From positions 14 through 64,013 of the forward strand of contig CAYMYO010000001.1 in the NCBI GenBank assembly GCA_964394685.1: a stretch of DNA of 64,000 bases. Reading direction: 5' to 3'. The translations under genes were made by a program, and so were the position numbers. The notes under the pieces are model-generated. The model made no database searches and was not told the origin of the DNA. It saw only the letters and a program-made list of their open reading frames with translations. Below, one piece after another: positions 58,049-64,000 of this stretch; position 1 is the stretch's first letter, and the number at the start of each line of letters is the position of its first letter. Origin of the DNA: an uncultured Gammaproteobacteria bacterium. GTDB taxonomy: Bacteria > Patescibacteriota > Microgenomatia > UBA10105 > UBA927.

Positions 58049-60342
58049 TTCAATGGGTCACACGTTTGTGGCCGGTTATCGTTCTTGTCTGTTTTGTCGG
58101 AATATTTTCATTACCGTATATAACAAAAGGGCTCATTCCTTTTCCCTCTAAATACCTCGTCACCTTTTTTGCTCCGTGGAATGCGTCTTACGGGATGCCT
58201 GTAAAAAATAACGCCATGCCGGATGTTATAACTCAGATCTATCCATGGAAGGCGCGTACGATCGATTCATGGAAACAAGGTCAATTTCCGCTTTGGAATC
58301 CATACGCATTTGCGGGTACTGCTCACGCAGCAAACTATCAGACAGCGGTGTTTAATCCAATAAACCTATTATTTTTTGTTCTGCCTTTTATTGACGCGTG
58401 GAGCTTTATGATTCTTCTCCAACCACTTCTTGCAGCCCTGGGAACATATCTATTTCTTCGCGCTCTTGACAGGTCGCAAGTCGCATCACTCATTGGATCT
58501 ATCGGATTTATGTTTTGCGGTTTTATTACCACATGGATGGCATACGGAACACTGGGGTATGCGGCACTCGCGTTGCCATGGATTTTATGGTCAATTGCAA
58601 TAAATTTTAGGAAACATTCCGTCTTAGGGAGAATAACACTTCCCATATTTGTTGCGATTTCTTTCCTCTCCGGGCATTTTCAAATTAGCTTGTATGTGGG
58701 TATTGCAGCAATACTATTTATTTGTTTTGAAGGATGGCAAAAAAGAAATTGGAAAGAAGTCATTTACTCATTGTTAGGTGTCGTTATCGGAATTGGATTT
58801 GCGGCGCCGCAATTGCTTCTTACGTATCATGCATATAGTGCATCAACACGTACAGATAGTTTTATTCGTTCAGAAGTTATCCCATGGAGCTATCTTATTA
58901 CACTCTTTTCGCCTGATTTCTTCGGAAATCCGGTAACAAGAAACGATTGGTTTGGTCATTACGCAGAATGGGGATCGTATGTAGGTATTGTACCTCTTAT
59001 ACTTTCGATTACCGCTTTGTTTGTATCTTTGAAGGGGTACAAAAAATATTTTCTTTTTCTTATCGGTATAACGATACTATTGGCATTTCCAACTCCTATA
59101 TCTGATATTCTTTTTCGATTGAGAGTTCCAATTCTTTCAACAAGTGCCGCTTCGCGGATTATTTTTCTTCTCAGTTTTGGGATTATCGGATTAGCGTCTT
59201 TTGGCATTGATGAGCTTATTGTTGTGTGGAAGGAAAAGAATAAAAAATTCTTACTGCCGCTTGTTATTGGATGTGCCATTTTCCTTTTCGTTTTTTGGAT
59301 GATGGTGCTCGGTGTTAAGCCGTTTCCTATTGACAAGCTCATTATCGCAAAGCGAAATATTATATTGCCGACGGCGTTAACTTTCATAACTCTCATTATT
59401 GTGATAACTGGATTTATCAGGAAATACAAACTACAGACAATTCTTCTCGCATTTCTATTAGGCATTGGTATGTTTGACATGTATCGTTATGCAACTAAAT
59501 GGATGCCGTTTGAAGAGAAAAAATATCTGTATCCCGAGTCAACTTCAATAGCATATGTAAGAAAAAACATCGATTTTAACCGTGTATTTGGAAATATCGG
59601 TGGAGAAGTAGGGAATATGTATCAACTTCCGCTCATTGAAGGATATGATGCGATGTACCAAGCGAGATACGGGGAATTTATTGGTGCTTCATCCAATGGA
59701 ATTGTCGCTCCTGCAGGAAGATCGGTAGTATCGTTTGATAAATATGGGAGATTTAACAGTGATGTGCTCCAGTTATTAGCTGTTCGGTATATCTATCAAA
59801 GAAAGAGTGATGGAAGAAATGTGTGGGCATTTCCCGTTTGGCAGTATCCAGACGGCGATATGGTGAAACGATTTGAAGATGAACATTATGAAGTATATGA
59901 ATATACTCGTGCATACCCTCGCGCGTTTTTAACTTCATCTTATGAAGTACGACGCGATCCGCAGGAAATAATTGATACACTTTTTAGAAATGACTTTGAT
60001 AGAAGAAATACACTTGTTCTTGAAGAAGAACCAAGTATTAAACCGATGCAAGGAGAAGGTGTTGCAAAAATTGCAAAGTATGAAGCAAATAGCGTAGTGA
60101 TTCAAACAAATAGCACAGTGCCGAAATTATTATTCTTATCCGATGTATATGATGACGGATGGGAAGCAACGATTGACGGAAAGAAGACAAAAATATACCT
60201 GGCAGATTATGATTTTCGAGCCGTTAGTGTCCCAGCTGGTATGCATACGATAGAATATAGATACCATCCGATAGAATTTCGCATTGGTCTGTTGGTTGCT
60301 TTTATAAGCGTTATTGTATTGGGCATTACACTACTATTATGA
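58024..60342 (+). CDS. YfhO-family membrane protein (GT-C-like glycosyltransferase).
   Basis: WNPYAFAGTA, LFSPDFFGNP; about 13 TM helices plus a C-terminal beta domain ending in a TM helix. Confidence 0.6.
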   Translation: MGKTTKNIIQWVTRLWPVIVLVCFVGIFSLPYITKGLIPFPSKYLVTFFAPWNASYGMPVKNNAMPDVITQIYPWKARTIDSWKQGQFPLWNPYAFAGTAHAANYQTAVFNPINLLFFVLPFIDAWSFMILLQPLLAALGTYLFLRALDRSQVASLIGSIGFMFCGFITTWMAYGTLGYAALALPWILWSIAINFRKHSVLGRITLPIFVAISFLSGHFQISLYVGIAAILFICFEGWQKRNWKEVIYSLLGVVIGIGFAAPQLLLTYHAYSASTRTDSFIRSEVIPWSYLITLFSPDFFGNPVTRNDWFGHYAEWGSYVGIVPLILSITALFVSLKGYKKYFLFLIGITILLAFPTPISDILFRLRVPILSTSAASRIIFLLSFGIIGLASFGIDELIVVWKEKNKKFLLPLVIGCAIFLFVFWMMVLGVKPFPIDKLIIAKRNIILPTALTFITLIIVITGFIRKYKLQTILLAFLLGIGMFDMYRYATKWMPFEEKKYLYPESTSIAYVRKNIDFNRVFGNIGGEVGNMYQLPLIEGYDAMYQARYGEFIGASSNGIVAPAGRSVVSFDKYGRFNSDVLQLLAVRYIYQRKSDGRNVWAFPVWQYPDGDMVKRFEDEHYEVYEYTRAYPRAFLTSSYEVRRDPQEIIDTLFRNDFDRRNTLVLEEEPSIKPMQGEGVAKIAKYEANSVVIQTNSTVPKLLFLSDVYDDGWEATIDGKKTKIYLADYDFRAVSVPAGMHTIEYRYHPIEFRIGLLVAFISVIVLGITLLL

Positions 60343-61373
60343 AAATCGGATTATATAACCCCTATTTTGATTCATTTGGCGGAGGAGAGCGATATATGCT
60401 CACCCTAGGGGAACATTGGTCAAAAACTCATGACGTATCAATTTTTTGGGATGACAATACTATTATTGATACGTCCCAAAAAAGGTTCAAATTAGATTTA
60501 TCCAGGATAACAGTTGTACCGAATATATTTAAAAACGGATCTCTCATTAAAAAAATGTTGGTATCTGCTACGTATGATTGTATTGTGTTTTTAAGTGACG
60601 GAAGTGTTCCAATGTCCTTAGCTAAGCATAATATACTTCATTTTCAAGTTCCTTTTTCAAACGTCTCCATAAACAGCTGGAAAAAAAGTAGATATCAGCG
60701 GGTTGTGTGTAACTCAAAGTTTACCCAAAGACATTTGGATGCAACGATAGGAATTCCGACAACGGTTATTTATCCTCCTGTAGCAAATGAGGAATTTCAA
60801 GTTGCTATGAAAGAGAATGTCATAGTTTCAGTCGGACGGTTTAACGGTCATTACAACGTCAAGAAGCAGGATGTATTGATAGAAGTATTTATAGATATGG
60901 TAAAAGAACGAAAGTTAGCCGGGTGGAAATTGGTTTTAACTGGAGGCATGCTTCCGACCGATAAGGAATATGTAGAGAAATTGAAAAAGTTGAGTAAAAA
61001 CTATCCCATTGAAATTATTTCCAACGCGTCATTTGAAAAAATCCAATCCTTGTACGGGCTAGCTCGTCTGTATTGGCATGGAGCGGGATTTGAAGAAATG
61101 AAACCGGAACATATGGAGCATTTTGGCATATCAACCGTTGAAGCAATGTCTTCCGGATGCGCCCCAATCGTGTTTGCAGGTGGCGGACAGACGGAAATAG
61201 TGACGGATGGTGTAAACGGATATACATGGAAAACAAAAAAAGAACTTATGCATAAAACAATGATGGCAATCAAAAATGAAAGCATTATGAGCAGTAAAAT
61301 TACACAAAGATCGAAAGATTTTTCCAAAAACATTTTTAATCAGGCGTTCGACGATTTACTCAAATTGTTATGA
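60339..61373 (+). CDS. GT4 (GT-B fold) glycosyltransferase.
   Basis: EHFGISTVEAMSSGCAPIVF is the E-x7-E motif. Confidence 0.8.
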   Translation: MKIGLYNPYFDSFGGGERYMLTLGEHWSKTHDVSIFWDDNTIIDTSQKRFKLDLSRITVVPNIFKNGSLIKKMLVSATYDCIVFLSDGSVPMSLAKHNILHFQVPFSNVSINSWKKSRYQRVVCNSKFTQRHLDATIGIPTTVIYPPVANEEFQVAMKENVIVSVGRFNGHYNVKKQDVLIEVFIDMVKERKLAGWKLVLTGGMLPTDKEYVEKLKKLSKNYPIEIISNASFEKIQSLYGLARLYWHGAGFEEMKPEHMEHFGISTVEAMSSGCAPIVFAGGGQTEIVTDGVNGYTWKTKKELMHKTMMAIKNESIMSSKITQRSKDFSKNIFNQAFDDLLKLL

Positions 61374-63574
61374 GGAAATACCTGTATGACTTTCTTGGAA
61401 TTGCAGTAATTGCTTGCATCGTCTTAGTATTTTTTTATAAAACGATTATTTACGGATTATTACCTGTCCCATCAGATACGCTCATTGGTTTATATCATCC
61501 ATATCGTGATGCATATCTCAATGAATTTACCAGAGGCGTACCATTTAAAAATTTTCTTATTACCGATCCAGTGAGGCAACAAATTCCATGGAGGAAACAA
61601 GTAATTGAATATTGGAAAAAAGGTACACTTCCTTCCTGGGATGCATGGAGTTTTTCTGGAACGACACTTGTTGGTAATATTCAAGCCGGATCATTTTACC
61701 CATTAAATATTTTATTTTTCTTATTTTCTTTTCCAGTTGCATGGTCGCTTCTTATTATTAGTCAACCACTTCTTGCCGGAATATTTTTGTATGTATTCTT
61801 ACGAAATAAAAAACTTGATATCATTCCGTCACTTATTGGAAGCATTGCATTCGCCTTTGGAGGCTATTCCATGTCCTGGCTTACATGGGGAACTATTGTC
61901 TCGACATTCCTTTGGACTCCGCTCATGTTTTTTGCGGTTGACAAAATTCACTTAGAGAAAAAAAGCTGGAAATGGAAAATAGTATTATTGTTTGCTCTGA
62001 CATTCTCATTTTTTGCCGGTCATTTGCAGTTTTTTATATACGGTGTTGTGTTTGTGATCTGGTATGCGTTCTGGGAATATTGGAAACCTCGTATATGTAA
62101 AATTACATGGTGGCATGGAATAATACCCGTTCTTTTTTTTCTTATCATAGGAGTGCAATGGATTCCTTTACTCCGATTTTTACCGATGACATCAAGAGTA
62201 GCAGGAGCTGCGTACCTACATGAGGGGTTTTTTGTTCCAATTGTGCATCTCATTCAATTTATTTCACCTGATTATTTCGGTAACCCAGCGACACTTAATT
62301 ACTGGGGTGTATGGAATTATGGAGAAATGACAGGATATGTAGGAGTCATCGTATTAACATTGGCTCTTCTTGGAATTGGAAAGAAGACTCTTATTTGGGT
62401 TATTCCAATTATTATTTCGTTGATTTTTGCAGTGGACTCGCCGATTAGTAGATTACCTTTTGTTCTTCATATACCGGGCATTTCTCTATTTCAGCCAACA
62501 CGTCTCATTATTGTTGTGGGTTTGTGTTTATCAATTCTTGCAGCATACGGAGCATCAAAGATATTTTTATTGTCAAAAAAGCAGAGAATTTTGACATTGG
62601 CAGTTATTGGTTGTTTGTTTGTTGTAGCATGGTTATTTGGAGAAAATCCCGTGACCCGCCGAAACTTAGTACTTCCGACCGTTTTGTATACGGTTTCTGT
62701 GATTGCTGTTGTCATATCGCTGTTTGCAGGAAAATGGAAATGGCTTCAAACAGTTCTTTTGTTATTGTTTTTTACAGTGAATATTTTTGATTTACTCCGC
62801 TTCGGATGGAAATTTACGTCATTTACGAGTTCGTCATATTTTTTTCCAGAGACAACAACCATTTCATTTCTAAAACAACAACCACAACCATTCCGCGTTA
62901 TGGTTTTAGATGACCGCGCATTACCGCCAAATGTTTTGACGTATTATGGAATTGAATCTGTCAGCGGATATGATCCCATTCATAGTTCGCGGTACGAAGA
63001 ATTTATTGCAGCCATGGAACGGGGAGAACCGAATATCACACCACCATTTGGATTTGAACGAATTATAACGCCAAAAAATTACTCATCTCCGCTATTTAAT
63101 CTATTAGGAGTCAAATATGTGATCACAATGAAGCAAATAAACAGTCCAAAGTTGAAGTTGATGCTTCAAGAAGGAGAAACCATTGTATACAAGAATAGTG
63201 ATTTTTCTCCACGAGCCTATTTGGCTGATACCATTTTCGTTAAAAAAATCAAACAGGACATAATTAATGGGTTGTATGATAAAAATTTTATTCCAGGTAA
63301 AACAGCAATTATTGAAAAAGAATTGCCTATAATCAGCGCACCTATTTTTATTTCTGAAGGAGTGTCGATTACTTCATATGCTCCAAATAAGATGACGTTG
63401 GATGTTACAGTTTTGAATAATCGATTACTCGTAATTGGAAATATGTTTAATCCGGGTTGGAAGGTGATGATTGATGGAAAAAAGACCGAAGTATATAAAA
63501 CCAACTATTTATTCTTCGGTGTTACTGTTCCCTCCGGAATGCATAAGATTGATATAATGTATACATCTTTATGA
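61370..63574 (+). CDS. YfhO-family membrane protein; paralog of the gene at 58024-60342.
   Basis: WDAWSFSGTT, FISPDYFGNP; the same architecture. Confidence 0.6.
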   Translation: MRKYLYDFLGIAVIACIVLVFFYKTIIYGLLPVPSDTLIGLYHPYRDAYLNEFTRGVPFKNFLITDPVRQQIPWRKQVIEYWKKGTLPSWDAWSFSGTTLVGNIQAGSFYPLNILFFLFSFPVAWSLLIISQPLLAGIFLYVFLRNKKLDIIPSLIGSIAFAFGGYSMSWLTWGTIVSTFLWTPLMFFAVDKIHLEKKSWKWKIVLLFALTFSFFAGHLQFFIYGVVFVIWYAFWEYWKPRICKITWWHGIIPVLFFLIIGVQWIPLLRFLPMTSRVAGAAYLHEGFFVPIVHLIQFISPDYFGNPATLNYWGVWNYGEMTGYVGVIVLTLALLGIGKKTLIWVIPIIISLIFAVDSPISRLPFVLHIPGISLFQPTRLIIVVGLCLSILAAYGASKIFLLSKKQRILTLAVIGCLFVVAWLFGENPVTRRNLVLPTVLYTVSVIAVVISLFAGKWKWLQTVLLLLFFTVNIFDLLRFGWKFTSFTSSSYFFPETTTISFLKQQPQPFRVMVLDDRALPPNVLTYYGIESVSGYDPIHSSRYEEFIAAMERGEPNITPPFGFERIITPKNYSSPLFNLLGVKYVITMKQINSPKLKLMLQEGETIVYKNSDFSPRAYLADTIFVKKIKQDIINGLYDKNFIPGKTAIIEKELPIISAPIFISEGVSITSYAPNKMTLDVTVLNNRLLVIGNMFNPGWKVMIDGKKTEVYKTNYLFFGVTVPSGMHKIDIMYTSL

Positions 63575-64000
63575 AAATACCTACGGTTTCTATAGTTATT
63601 CCTAATTGGAATGGTGTGTATCTCATGGAGAAGCATCTCCAGCATGTTATGGATCGAACTCCTGGGGCAGAGATTATCATTGCAGATGATGTATCCTCAG
63701 ATGGATCAGTTGATTATCTCAAAAAGAATTTCCCGCATGTTATTGTGGTGTCAAGCAAGAAAAGACAAGGATTTGCCGGGAACGTCAATGCAGGAGTGGC
63801 GCGATCAACCGGTGAGATTGTGATTCTATTAAATACTGATGTAGAACCTGAAAAAGGATTCTTGCAACCGCTCTTGTCTCATTTTGATGACCCTGGCGTA
63901 TTTGCTGTTGGATGTTTAGAAAAAAGTTGGGAAAATGGCAAAGCTGTGCTTCGAGGACGTGGTATTGCTTCGTGGGAAAAAGGTTTTTATGTTCATAAGC
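63571..64000 (+). CDS. GT2 glycosyltransferase, 3'-truncated by the window edge.
   Basis: ATGA overlap with the upstream stop; VSIVIPNWNG, IADDVSSDGS, LLNTDVEPE. Confidence 0.7.
   Translation, partial: MKIPTVSIVIPNWNGVYLMEKHLQHVMDRTPGAEIIIADDVSSDGSVDYLKKNFPHVIVVSSKKRQGFAGNVNAGVARSTGEIVILLNTDVEPEKGFLQPLLSHFDDPGVFAVGCLEKSWENGKAVLRGRGIASWEKGFYVHK

Noticed and set aside
1-64000. rRNA, tRNA or CRISPR arrays anywhere in the window.
   Set aside because: No GTTCGAATCC-type T-arms, no rRNA-like conserved blocks, and no regularly spaced direct repeats with unique spacers were seen.

Overview
This is a low-GC (about 37-40%) bacterial chromosomal segment with densely packed, frequently overlapping genes. 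TGA is used as a stop codon and a release factor 2 gene is present, so the standard bacterial code applies. Weak Shine-Dalgarno sites, a tsaB reduced to its N-terminal domain, and many YfhO-like, PTPS-related and ArnT-like membrane glycosyltransferases suggest a CPR/Patescibacteria-like organism; that assignment is an inference only.

The first ~34 kb is mostly housekeeping: hflX, mltG, cspA, greA, lysS, a radical-SAM SplB-like gene, rdgB, serS, secA, two ABC efflux modules, ruvCAB, prfB, ftsE-ftsX-envC-like and tsaE-tsaC-tsaB. From ~34.8 kb to the window end (at least 29 kb) there is one large envelope/surface glycosylation locus: rmlA, rmlC, rmlB, rmlD, ugd, a gmd-like gene, seven GT2 genes, one GT4 gene, a Wzx flippase, ArnT-like and other predicted GT-C-type membrane glycosyltransferases, two PTPS-related and two YfhO-like membrane proteins, plus three further uncharacterised polytopic membrane proteins.

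The accessory and unusual content is:
- a translationally coupled three-gene unit at 1193-2278: two small, apparently paralogous proteins followed by a minimal caspase-like (C14) His-Cys protease;
- a standalone Cas4-like nuclease;
- a low-GC islet holding a LigT-like 2H phosphoesterase flanked by an ~80-nt direct-repeat element;
- a family of 25-28-nt conserved hairpins (TGTCAT..GAA-N5-TTC..AT) with compensatory stem changes, present in both orientations;
- two single-gene cassette insertions, each bracketed by a duplicated copy of the 3' end of the neighbouring core gene (ruvB and tsaB), one of them followed by a GC-anomalous Cys-rich gene;
- a 20-bp GC-rich perfect palindrome inside rmlD.

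No rRNA, tRNA or CRISPR array was recognised.
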